DNA of 37,756 nt from Paraspadella gotoi. Taxonomy: Eukaryota > Animalia > Chaetognatha. The notes below the pieces were generated by a model. That model had not been told where the DNA came from. It saw nothing but the letters and a program-made list of their open reading frames with translations, and did not search any database. Shown here piece by piece: positions 24,256 through 36,499 of this stretch (the stretch's first letter is position 1; each line of letters begins with the position of its first letter). The stretch is taken from positions 16,760,974 through 16,798,729 of the forward strand of contig CM119270.1 of assembly GCA_051294375.1 (NCBI GenBank), written 5' to 3'. Made by a program: the position numbers and the translations under genes.

Positions 24256-26759
24256 ATATAAAAAATTATTCGAGGCAAAACAAAGGATTACAATACAATA
24301 AAATTATTCAAAAAATTGAATCTTTCCTCTTACTATACATCTATTTGTAACTTTGACTTGAGTGAATTGATGGATTGATCTGAAATTTATGTGTGGCCAG
24401 AAAAGAGCTTAAGTTTGGATAAAATCATGTTGGAGAGAATAAATTTATATATAAAAAATAATTTAACCATTTATTTTTTTCATTTTAAAAAGTAAAATAT
24501 GCTAAAACAACAATAATAATTATAACTAACAACTCCAACGACTCTTTCTTCTCTCTATCCCTCTATATTTTTCTATTTTCTCCATCTAAATATATTTCTC
24601 TTTCTCCCTTTTGATCTCTCAATCTTTACTTACCTTTTCTCCAAGCTCCTTACTTTTTATACTTTTACCATTCCAATTCATCTTCATACCTGCATGTGAG
24701 TTTTGTTTTATTCATAAAAGTATAAATGTTAACTTAAACAAAAAATGATAATTTTTTTTTTAAAATACAGGAAAAAATGAACTGACCTAAGCTCACTGAG
24801 AATTTTATTTTTACTCTAAAATAAAAGATAAAAAAAAAGAAAAAAATCACATTGTAGTAAAATCAATAGCTACAAGCTAATTTTTTTTTTAAAATGCTAA
24901 ATTCGTACCCTAATTCCAGATCTAAAATTCTCAATGCTCAAAATATTTTTTTTTCAAAATACTTTTTCTCTATTTTTGGTATTTATGGTAATAGAAGTTA
25001 TAGTCCGAATAGTTTTAAAAATATACACACATGATTACAAAAACATAACTTAACTCAAAACGTCTTCCTTATTCTTTGCCGCAACACATAAGGAACACAG
25101 TAAAAGAGGAAAGTCAAATATTGAAAAAAAATGGGGAAAAATTTTTAATTTTAGTTTAAAATTTAGTGATCGAAAACTTATCGTTTTTTAATTCAAAATT
25201 ATCAAATAATGGATCAGAGAGTAAGATCTTGGTCTTAGCTATCATTTAGTAAATAATTCCGATCATTTTTAAAAAATTTTTTGGCCATATGGTTTAACTT
25301 ACAAATCAAGGAGTTTTGATAACGCAAACGATTTTAACAACGACGAAGACGACGACGAAGTCTTTGTACTTTGCGACCCGTAGTGGTCAGTAAGAATGAC
25401 CTGATAATATCCGACCATGAATGACCTTGTTATGGCAGAGTATAAAATTTTGTAAGAGATTTTGAACACCATGAGTCCGCTTCTCTTTTCTTTTTTACCT
25501 ATTTGACTTTTGTAGATAAGTGATGTTGTGGTAAAAATAAAGGGGGTCTGGTAGAACAAGTGCGTGAGGTATGATTCATATCAAGCTCTTGGCACACAGA
25601 TTGAGAACATAAAAATTTGTATGGGTCAGTTTCGCCTTGATACGTATTTATTTTTTTTTATAAATAATAATTTTACGCTCGGTTGTTGAGAAGAAATGCA
25701 TCTAAATTATAAAGTATAATTATTATTATCTATATAAAATTTTTATCTAAGGGGTACCGCCACTCAATGGGTGAGTCAAAAATTTGAATGAGTACATGCT
25801 CAAACGAATATTTAGACATTTTTAAGAATACTTTCAATGGACCCAAAAATTTTCTAATATGGCTCTATACACCTAGTAATTAATTTTTAATATTTATTTA
25901 TAGATAGGAAAGGCCAAAAATTTTTTTTGAATTTTTAAATTTTAAGACCAGATTCAGATAGCTCATAAAAGTTGTCTACACAAAGTATGATTCTTTAAAT
26001 ATTTTTACGATAAGTGGTGTAAAAAAAAAAGAAAAACTGTAAAAATCATCATCATCATCATCTTTCGATGATTTATCAGTTTTTTTATATTTTTACTTAG
26101 AAAACGTAAGAATTTTTAAAAGTCGTAATTATATTTCTTGTTTAACTTTTATACTCTATCAGAATCCATCAAAAATTTTAAGATTTTAAAAAAATATTTT
26201 TTGCTCAATAGTAATATTATATTTTTAATTAGGCGAGTACCCTCAGAAGAAAGCATTTTTGACAAAAAATATTTTAATACATAATCTATGGTCATGATAG
26301 ATTATTTTAACGCTGAATACATTAGATTTAAATTTCATCGGCTATGGCTATGATAAGTAAGAAAATCATTGCTCTTATAATAAAAATAAACATAATTCTT
26401 TATCAGAAAACTTATATCTTACGTTTTAAGTATTCTAATAAGAAAATTAATCAGAAATATGGATGTTTAAAAATAAGTCTGTCCGACAAGTGTCCGTTCA
26501 TGAACATACTTGAGCACGAATTCTGCCTTCGAATGCTTACCTCTTTTCCTTTCGCGATTCGTCAAAGTGTCAATAAGTAAGTTTCTCTTTAAACGATCGG
26601 TTGTTCAGGGGTAAGGACTCCTTCCATCGTCGGTTAAGCGAAGCGAAAAACGAGTCTCGGTTGTTAACGAAACTCAAAGATCGAGATGCGAAGAAAAAAA
26701 GACTTCGTTAAAATTATTATTCGAGTGTGAAACTGTGGAAAAACCCTGATGAGACGCAA

Positions 26760-26792
<33 letters not shown>

Positions 26793-28875
26793 GCGGTATC
26801 TTTTGTTTTTCAACCCCGACACGAAGGCGACGCCAAGCAGAAATGAAACCTTTTGTTTATGCTTGATTTTTTGTTTGAAGTAATTTACTAAGCTAACCCT
26901 TTTTTACATAATATTACACCTCGTTTTTTCGTTTTAGATAAAAGATTTGATTGTACTTATACTTGCTGCTGAATAAGAGTTAAGATTTTGTTTTAATTTA
27001 GACTCAATTTAAGTGGAGAGATAATAATAATTATAATAATTTGAGATAACTTTCTCTTTTTCTTTCATTCTCTCTCTTTCTCTTTCCATCTTTCCATGCT
27101 TCTCTATCACCCTTTGCGTTGTCTTTTGTTTTTGTTCAGTTGTTCAGATCTCATTAGCCACGAGAATCAGGGGCCCTCTATCGGCGTTTACAATCGCGAC
27201 TGGACAAAAACCGCAGTCTCCTACTATCTTCCCATTCCCTTTCGTCCGTAAAGTCGCAGGTTCGATTCCCGTTCTTGAGCCCAATGAAGTTTGATCCCCT
27301 TTGGTTTTCGAGTTAAGCGATAAAAAAAAATTGGGCTATGAAATCGGTACAACCAATATAAAAATTATCCATTCATTTAATAAATAAACTCCGCCCAGGA
27401 TCAAAATACATACATCAAAATACAAAATGTTTTTCAGACATTTGACATTCTCATTTGAGCTGAGGTTAAAGTTTTTGTGAGTGATTAATTAGGTTTGGGT
27501 TAAAGGTTTAGGATTAAGAGATTACGGATTTGATCATGGATTAGGGTTAGAAATTAGCGTTGGGGAATGATAAAATTTTATAAAATATTAGGGCTAAATA
27601 TGAAGGAATGGATAATAAGTTCTGAGATTAAGGACAGAAACGGGGCGCTTTCGGAAAATCGTGCCCAACAACAACAACAACAACTTCTAAAACTTTTGCA
27701 ACGCCGCGAGATGTCGCTTCCGCTCCGCAAACTCCGTCGCTGATAGACGCGTCAAGGAAAAAAAACGACGTGAGAGTTAATCTGTCGTGAGAAGTTGTGA
27801 GGCTGAAGATTTAGCGGTGAGAGGATCACGAGTCACGGATGTCGAGATGAAGTCGATGTGATGTTCAATGTGAAAGTGAAATTCGATAGAACACTTAATT
27901 AAAGTGCGACTGGAGATGGCACGAGCCGGACCAAAGGGACAGATCTTCAAGAAGTCCAGTGAAGTTGCAGATGGTCTCGCATTGTTGCAAGAAAAAAGAC
28001 TCGTTGATGGACGCATCTGATTTGCCATTTAATATTTTCAGAGTTATCCTCTCGATAGACCGACGCATCGACACTTCTCAGAAATGCAACGGCGCGTCGT
28101 AAAATGGCGCCGCGATGCGAAAACAGCGATTTAAGACTGGCGCCGCCATGTAAAGCCGGCGCTGCTTCGCTAGATTAAGTTTAAGAGATCGGGGAAAAAA
28201 AGGAAAGCGATAATCGGATTTTCCTATTTTTTTTTTAAAAAAAAGGTAAGGATGATTAAAAATAAGGTCAGGGGCGATTAGTATTATCGTTCGTAAATTT
28301 TGTTCAAAAATCTTAATCTCTCTCCGACTTTGAAAAAAAAAAAAAGATCACTTTCCTTTCGTTGAACTTTCCCTGGCGCTGCATCTCTTTACTCGTTCGC
28401 TTAAGTCTTACCCATCATTTAACCGAAGCAACGACCGCCGCTTAACCCTGTCAAATTACCATACTTTGCTTATCGTCGACTCTTTTTACTCGCTAACGCA
28501 TTTTCCAGAGCTTTTTTTTTTTTTCTTAAGTTAGACTTTTTTGTAGTTTAGATCCTTTTTTGTTGGGTAAATCGGAGAGGAAAATAATTTAGCCTAATAA
28601 ACCGTTGCACGATATCTTAATGATGAACTACCCATCACGCGCAAGTTTTAGTAAATACGTATGTAACGAAATTGTAAATTAGTATTCCCAACACCTATTG
28701 TCTCATAACGTCCCCCCAAAGATCGGTCTGAACCGTTTTAAAAAGGAAAGTTTATGCTTGACTTTGTCGCAACGTTGCCAAGGTTCACGCCGAGAAAATT
28801 CACAAAGGACGAATTCACGAAATTCACAAATACTACTTCGTTCTTCTTCAATTGTATTCCTTTCTCCTCATTTCC

Positions 28876-28930
<55 letters not shown>

Positions 28931-29238
28931 CTCCTCTTTTCACGTCCGGGCGCCGTCAATGAGGCTTGCAAACCCGATCTTTTGCGGCGCCTCGATTTTA
29001 AGGGCGCCAAGTCTCGTTCCACTTTAGCTTTTGGGGCGAAAACGAACAACGACAACGAAAAAAACGATGTTGTAGTTGAAATTAATATAATTATATATTA
29101 TGTATAGTGATATGTATATTTATAACCATATAAACTGGCCAACGATCTTGCCAGAATGACTCCGATTTCTAAATTTCTAATACTAAAAAGTTTCAATGAT
29201 GGAGTTGTTTGACGCTTTGACTGTTACCGAGAGCAGAG

Positions 29239-29393
<155 letters not shown>

Positions 29394-29650
29394 GATATAA
29401 TTCGTTAATATTAAACTAATCCTATGGGAACGAAGAGTATATAACCGATGCAAAATGACTCGATGTCGAAGGGACTTACGAGTGGGGCGAAGGAGGGGGA
29501 GTACGCGAGGCTCGTGAATGAACTTCACTTTGGGCGTGGCCTCCAGGGGAGAAGAGGAGACCCATGGTTTTTTTTTGTAGGCAAAATTTCGAACAATGAT
29601 GTGAACTTTTTTTTGGAAAAATCACGTTACTATTTTTGGAAGATGTTTAG

Positions 29651-29747
<97 letters not shown>

Positions 29748-29884
29748 TGGGTAAATGTTACAAGTTGCAACTTGCTTTCTTTTTTTTCTACGGATTTGCA
29801 TTTTTTCCGTCGGTTTATGAATTCTTTCCAGGGAGCTAATGTACAAACGTTTTTAAAAAGCGGGAAACGGCGATATTGAGAAGA

Positions 29885-29945
<61 letters not shown>

Positions 29946-30083
29946 AGAAGAGGAAGAGAGAGAGGAGAGTGAAATGGAGTCAGAGTCGACGACGTTGACG
30001 ACGACGATGAAAACAACTTGATTGATGACGACGACGATTTTCCGCTTTTTGTTTCTCTTTCATTTCGCTTTCACTGACGACGA

Positions 30084-30125
<42 letters not shown>

Positions 30126-30144
30126 TTAATATCTCACGGTCACA

Positions 30145-30174
30145 ATGGTTGGCCATGAAAGGGCTGCCATCGAG
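30145..30174 (+). CDS. Candidate short first coding exon (MVGHERAAIE)
   Basis: CACAATGG start, 10 codons, GAG|GTAAGG donor. No matching next exon identified. Confidence 0.25.
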
Positions 30175-31065
30175 GTAAGGTTATATTTTCTGGCCGCACG
30201 ACAACAACGACGACGACGACGCTGATTTAAATTGTCCTTCATGTACTTCGCTTCCTCACCTCACCTCACCTAACCTCACCTTTCCTTTCTTTTCATTTAT
30301 TCTCTGTTTCCACTCTCCATTTTTTTTCCTTTTTCCTTTTTTACCGTCTCTCCTTTTCCTTTTTTTTTCCTCCCCTTTTTCCCCCAATTACACCATTTCC
30401 TCTTTTTTATCTCTCTCCTTTTTTCTTCCCTTTCTTTTCCTTTTTCCTCCCTTTTCTTTTACTTTTTCTCCCTCTTCTTTTCCTTTTCCTTTTTCAAAGA
30501 GGCGATTAGACGCGCTCTCTTTGCTGCCTTTAAACTTTCTTCATTCATCATTTCTTTTTCATTTTTTTATCATTTTTTTTTCTGCTTTTATCATTTTTCT
30601 CTTTTTATCGGCGAAAAAGTGAGATGAATACGAGGAAATGGTCGACTCGCCGAGCGGAGACTTCATCTTAAAACCTTGATTTATTTCTTCTTTTTTTGTT
30701 TGAAAGTTAAATTTTTTTTAATTAAAAATTTTGCAGATATGTTTAAATAAAAACTATTGAAACATAAAAATTTACACAAGGTAAGAAATGTGATTAAGTT
30801 ATAATTACGGGATGTAGAGAAAGAGACAAACTTCAATCAAGATCGCAGGAGAATTAAATTTTTTAAAAAATCTATCCAATTGGAATTTGGAATTTTGGAC
30901 AATAGGAAAAATCGTATTTTAGTTTTCATATTGCGTATGGCGTAACTACTTCAAAGTTGACCGCACCTCACTAGCTCTCCCAGATCCCCCCCCCTAACCC
31001 CACCACCAAATCCGCCCGCGGGGGAATCGCGCGAACGGTTAAATCGCGGATCTCATCAACGAGGA

Positions 31066-31099
<34 letters not shown>

Positions 31100-31773
31100 C
31101 GCCGCCACCGCCGCCGCCGCCGACACGACGACGACGATGACGACAACTATGGCGTCGGGATTGGCTATTCGACGCGCTCATCCGAAACCACGGGTGTTCT
31201 TGTAGCAACTATAAAATGTTCAATCGCTCTTTAACGTTTTTTTTAATTAAACAACTAATTTGATATAAATAAATTTATAAAGTTTTAATTAACTACAAAC
31301 ATGCGATTATGGAAAAAGAAAAGTATCTCAACGCGACTGAAAAAACCTCGACACACAAAAAAAAAGAAAGAAAATGAGACATGAAATTTCGACTTAAATC
31401 GAGCGAAACCCCCGACGAGGGCGTCGACCGTGCGGAGGGTGCTGACTGCGGAGAGCGTCGAGGGGATGTAAGGCCACGAGGGTCAGGGGGAAAGTTGTTA
31501 GGGTGCAGCGCCCGAACCCTTTTCTCGGTTGGCGGCGTGAAGGTGAGGCAATTCATTGGATGGCGTCAGGACATCGTGTTGTGTTTTTTTTTTTTTAATT
31601 TTGTGTGTCAAAAGTACGTTCTTCGTGACTTTGACTCTGCTGCCGTATTAGAGAATGGACTCCCTGAATTGGGGCCTCAAGGGCACATGGGTGCAGCCTT
31701 TAGACTCCATTTCTTCGTCCAGTGGAAGGGTGGTCACTGGTCAACCTATGCCGTCTGTCTAGACAATAAGAGA

Positions 31774-31843
<70 letters not shown>

Positions 31844-32481
31844 TTACTAAATTGTGGCGCTCCTCTCGAGATAAATGGTCCGTAAAAGTTTCTCGTCTGA
31901 ATCAAAAAAAGAAGCTAATAAAAATCGCGAGGCGAGGGATTAGAAAATGTAAACATTACTATTGGTAATTCATTTATCTTTATCTTTGTTCTTTGTTTAC
32001 TGAATTATGGAAAATTTAGTTATTTTTTTCAAAAATGGCCCTCATTCAAAACCGCTATTTTGTGAAATGAGTAAGAATTTTTCATTATTCGGGAAAAAAA
32101 TTTGTTTTATTATTAGCAAGACTAGAAAATTTTGCTAAAACACGATTCGGTGATTCTTATTCTGATTTAACCCGGAACTTAACATTCAAGAACTGGGATA
32201 TTTTTATTCCTTGTGATTCGCTCAAGTATTTTAGAAAAGATTCGTTATCGAATTAAACAAGTTTGGACAAACAATGTCGGATCTGCCTACGATAATTAAG
32301 CGGTAAAAAGCTAATTGAGGCGATGATAAATCACGGTAATGTTTTCTGACTTTCAATTTGTGATCTTAACAGATCATAACACGTTGTAACTTAAAAAATC
32401 ATCACAGACTTCTTAATAAATCTATGAAATCTATAAATCAAATGATCGAGCATTCATTACCAGTAACCTCGCCAATACCAG

Positions 32482-32597
32482 CTTGCATAATTTACTAATT
32501 TTGCATAATTAGGTTAACTTGCATAATTTAATAAACTTGTATTATTTGGTCCACTGGCATAATTTTTTTAAACTTGCATAATTTGGTCAAATTGCAA
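32482..32597 (+). repeat. Minisatellite of about 18-bp period with a TTGCATAATT core (about 6.5 units)
   Basis: TTGCATAATT or a variant recurs every 18-19 bp. Confidence 0.8.
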
Positions 32598-32660
32598 TCA
32601 ATCAATCAATCAGAGAGAAAAAGAGAAATTTTTAAAAATTCACATTTATAAATGTGTCTT

Positions 32661-32873
32661 TGTGGAAGACTATGCCGCGAGCAGTTCACCGTCCGTTACA
32701 CACAAGGTCCCGAACTTCGGATCGGGCTGTAGTCCGTCACTACAGGTGGGTGAGACGCCCTGTCCTGCTTTTACTTGTGTGAATCAGCAGGGCGCGAACC
32801 AGAGTCCTTTGGGTTGGGAGGAGCTCGTTCTTCCTCTCAGACGAGTAGCAGGGTATGAAATACTACCGCTACA
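32661..32873 (-). mobile_element. Solo LTR of family A
   Basis: Reverse complement starts TGTAGCGGTAGTATTTCATACCC (as at 22807) and ends TCTTCCACA (as at 22629). No TSD. Confidence 0.85.
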
Positions 32874-32904
32874 ATGTACAAGATGTAGCCTACATCTTTT
32901 GATT

Positions 32905-34072
32905 TTCTAATTTAAACTCTTTTCCACTCCTACGATTCTATCAAAAATTTATTTCCAGCTTAATTGTATACTTTCCTACCCAATACCCAGTACCCACACA
33001 CAAAATTTCATTTCAATTTATCTAATTTTTAATAAATATGTGGATAAGGCGCTAAGTGGGCTGAAGATGACTATCCATCACTTCTAGAACCCCTTCTAGC
33101 AGCCATGGAACGGGTCCTGGGGTTGGAACCAGGTTTGATGGTTTGCCACACCCCAAAGGCGGCTTACGCCCATCCTCACGCTTCCTGCAGGGTAAGTACC
33201 AGGTTGGGATTAAACCCGGTACCTAGTGGTCATGAGCTGATGGCTTTACTCAATGAGCCACTGGGTCACAACTGAAAGTGTCATGCTTATAGGCAGGGTG
33301 AACCTCGGCAATGTCCAACTTCATGCCCCCCAGATTGTAACCCACCCTGCACTGCTTCCAGTGGAGGGAGGAGAGCAATCTTCGGCAAGTCCAGGGGCCT
33401 GGAATCAGAAGATTGGAATAGGCTCGACAGGATGGGCTCACCAGTGTGGATAAGGCGCTAAGCTGGCTGAAGATGACTATCCATAACATCTATAACTCCC
33501 TCTAGCAGCCATGGAACGGGTCCTGGCCCCTGGGCTTGGAACCAGGCTTGAGGGTTTGCCATACCACCAAAGCTGGCTTACGGCCATCCTCACGCTTCCC
33601 GCAGGGTAGGTACCAGGTTGGGATTGAACCCGGTACCTAGTGGTCATGAGCTGATGGCTTTACTCAATGAGCAAGCGGGTCACAACTAAAAGTGTTATGC
33701 TTATAGGCAGGGTGAACCTAGGCAATGCCTGACTACAAATATAATAATTATGAGTAAATATAAGTAAAAATAACTCAAGTAAATATTACTTTTGTTTTTT
33801 CCATTTAAACTCATTTCCACCCGCACGATTCCAACGAAACTTTATATCCAGCTCAATCACACACTTTCCTACCCACACACAAAATTTCATTCCAATCCAA
33901 CCGTCCAATTACGAGTAATTGGAGTTTTTTGCTAAGGTGGGACGGACGGACGGACGGACATCTTTTTTTTTGCTTAATTTATCATAATTCAATGTTCTGA
34001 CATGAAATAAGTTAATTCCCGACAAGATTGAGGGGGCGGACGGACGGACCGACAAAGTGGTTTATAGAGTCG
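32905..34072 (+). mobile_element. DINE-1/Helentron-like non-autonomous remnant hosting the family B TRIM
   Basis: Diverged core repeats (32910-33025 and 33804-33900, both with CTTTCCTACCCA..CACACAAAATTTCATT), (GGAC)n tracts at about 33940 and 34040, ending GACAAAGTGGTTTATAGAGTCG; a related inverted core at about 24361-24446. Family assignment rests on architecture only. Confidence 0.4.
33039..33737 (-). mobile_element. Complete TRIM-like miniature LTR element, family B (5' LTR 33737-33445, internal 121 bp, 3' LTR 33323-33039)
   Basis: Two direct repeats of 293 and 285 bp; minus-strand termini TGTAG...TCCACA; PBS TGGTGAGCCCA (33443-33433) 1 nt after the 5' LTR; CTGGGGGGCA PPT before the 3' LTR; 4-bp TSD AATA (33035-33038 and 33738-33741). 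Confidence 0.9.
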
Positions 34073-34381
34073 GGATCTGCTGATAAGTGAAGTCGTAGCC
34101 AAAGTTTCGTTCTTTTTGTATAATTTTTTTGTATTTAATACGATTTGCATAATATTTGGCTATTGCTTATGCTCATTGCTCAATGCTTAATTCCTTAATC
34201 GTCAAAATAAATAGATATTTTTAAAGAAAAAAATCCGAAGGATTTTTTAAGAATCATAAAAGATTTCATTGAATTTCGTAATTAAACCGATGTGGGTTTT
34301 CAATACCGTCGTTCGGGTATTTTTTTTATCTTATTTTTTTATTTCCCGCATGATTACCTTACTAATTATTAATAAGACTAA

Positions 34382-34478
34382 TTGAATTGGCGCTGAAGAA
34401 GACTCGTATGTGAGTCGAAACATGTCCGTTTCACTATGAAATAAAAATCGTTGTTAAATCTCTCTTCAAACTTTGTTC
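34382..34478 (+). mobile_element. 97-bp hammerhead-bearing retroposed insert with a 12-bp TSD
   Basis: Flanked by exact TAATAAGACTAA at 34370-34381 and 34479-34490; shares the downstream AAATAAAA(A)TCGTT motif with the other hammerhead copies. Confidence 0.8.
34389..34430 (+). ncRNA. Minimal type I hammerhead ribozyme (Penelope-like)
   Basis: GGCG CTGAAGA A GACTC gtatgt GAGTC GAAA CATG TC^ CGTT; predicted cleavage after 34426. Confidence 0.88.
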
Positions 34479-35103
34479 TAATAAGACTAAATAACGAAAT
34501 AATTGAATAAGTCATGACATTAAAAATTCACGGCTCTTCTAAATCTAAAGGAAGACGCTACTAGTCTCTCTACAATCCTGGAATACAAATATAAAATTTT
34601 AAAGTCAAATACTTTTGATTTTTCCATAAATGACCTCCTGAGAAGAACGAGGTTTAAAATCTAATTAAATTTAGATCGGAAAGTATTTTTTAATCTCGAG
34701 TTGTAAAGATATTCCTATATTTCCAGAAGACAAGGGTAAGAAGTAACAACCCTCTCCCCTTTTTCTTTCAAATATATTAGATTAAATATTTATATAATAA
34801 TATATTTAACTTTATTTATATTTTAAAATTTAGTTTTATAGAATGAAACAAGTAATCTTGCCATTTTTATAATATGCAATATATGCAATATAATATGCAT
34901 ACTAATATCAACTTTTGCCAAATCTGTTATTTATTTCGTCATTCTTTAAACTTTTGTCATTCCGTCTCAAATTTTTGGAGAATAAAGAATATTTTAATTT
35001 CATCATTCATAGTAACTAAAATAACGTGAGGTCTCTGTCGTCTTCGCCACGGTTTAAAACATTCTTTGCTTGCGCTCGAAACAACGACCGTCCAATTTTG
35101 AAT

Positions 35104-35858
35104 ATGGAGAAAGGTTGGAAAAAGAAGCTTCGAATTTTCAAAGTGGACGAAGACAATGGGAGCTCCTATGGTAACCAAAAAGCTTATAAAGAAAACGATT
35201 TAAAAATAAACATCAAATGGAACCAGGACGGCGAGGTGAGTATTTGAATTCAGAGCCTTGCTCTGATTTCGTCTCGTAAAAGTTATTTTTTTTTAAAAGA
35301 ATTCTGCCGTTCGACCAGAAGATATTCGCTTGGATCGAATTTATTACTACAAAACAGTTAAAAAGGAGGAAGTTAAGAAATTGCGAGAGATATCCTTCTT
35401 TACTGCAGCTAATGGCGTGGCCATGGTCGCAGTGTTTTGCGGTGCAGGGGCGGTAGCTTGGCCTTTGACTGTTGTTCTCGGTTTGGCTCAGTCGGGAAAA
35501 GCTATTTATGATTGGAACCAAGAGCGCAAGAAAAACCAGATAAGCATTTGTATTCCTGACGATGAAATTGACTCGGAAGTGACCGATGACGATACCGGAT
35601 TGCCGACGCCCTTTCCTTGGAAAAATGTGTTGATGGGGCTCCTGATAGCCATTTCTGGTGGAATAGGAATGCTTGTCAAATTTGGAATTGTTGCTGCCGA
35701 AGCGTTGGCGATTGGCGAAACAGCTTTAAGGGCGATCAAAGCCACCGTCGGTGTGGCCGGGCTTGGCGCAGCAGTTGGTGGAGTTGCAACGGCCGCCTGT
35801 GCAGATATGTTGCAAGCCCATGAATTCCTGCTCTGTGAAGGGAAAATTTTCGTACCAG
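35104..35858 (+). CDS. Spliced gene for a Gly/Ala-rich hydrophobic (probable membrane) protein; exons 35104-35235 and 35300-35858, probably continuing
   Basis: A 64-nt GAG|GTGAGT...TTTTAAAAG| intron joins ORFs 35026 and 35330 in frame; hydrophobic blocks GVAMVAVFCGAGAVAWPLTVVLGL, VLMGLLIAISGGIGMLVKFGIV and VGVAGLGAAVGGVATAA; CAG|GTTGGT donor at 35858. Start and 3' end uncertain. Confidence 0.65.
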
Positions 35859-35928
35859 GTTGGTCATATATGTACCAATGTTGTACCATAATAATATCTT
35901 CTTATCTTGTGGTATCTAGTGGGGCTTT

Positions 35929-35984
35929 TATAGTCGGGCATTGCCTAGGTTCACCCCGCCTATAAGCATGACACCTTATCCACA
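35929..35984 (+). mobile_element. 56-bp internally deleted solo LTR of family B with TSD CTTT
   Basis: TATAGTCGGGCATTGCCTAGGTTCACCCCGCCTATAAGCATGACAC (LTR start) fused to CTTATCCACA (LTR end); CTTT at 35925-35928 and 35985-35988. Confidence 0.85.
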
Positions 35985-36499
35985 CTTTTACAGGGACTGA
36001 TACGAAAAAAATTGTAATATAATCAAAACGAAGAACAATCAGGTTATAAAATTTTTTCATACTAATAGAAAAATACTTGATTTTTTTTCACCAATTCGTA
36101 ACATTCTAGCTAGGATAGCTGGTATGTTATAAACATTTTCCTCAGAGGGTAAATTTCTGAAGAAGCATTTTTTACTTTTAAATTTTTACTTTGAAAGTGG
36201 ATCTTACTATCAATCCTTCAGTTCCCATTAAAACAATAAATTTTTTTTTCAAAAATTTTCATTTTTATGTCAGATAACCTCACAATCAGCGTTAATACTT
36301 GTTAAATTGTCAAAAACTGTTAAAATTTAAATGAAAAAATGAAGAAAAGTGATTCCGAGCTTGAGAGTCACTGTGATTATACTATTAAGAAATTTGAAAA
36401 TTTTTTAGGTCAATATAAACGTCAAGTAATTTTCTAACTAATAAATGTCATAAAAATAATATACAGTAAAAGAATTACGAATTTAATCAAATAATTTTC

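Noticed and set aside
26745-26770. CTGATGA GACGC aaaat GCG, hammerhead-like start (also CTGAAGA at 33061 and 33467)
   Set aside because: No GAAA or cleavage site follows.
27250-27275. Pol III B-box GGTTCGATTCC suggesting a tRNA or SINE
   Set aside because: No A-box, cloverleaf or acceptor stem; possibly a SINE fragment but unsupported.
27488-27562. Degenerate TTAGGG-like tract
   Set aside because: Only one or two exact units; not a telomeric array.
30738-30780. Exon-like segment ttttgcag|...CAAG|GTAAGA after the MVGHERAAIE candidate
   Set aside because: Stop codons in all three frames, so it cannot be a coding continuation.
35859-35965. C-terminal tail of the ORF 35330-35965
   Set aside because: Follows a plausible splice donor, turns AT-rich and runs into the mini solo LTR; probably intronic.
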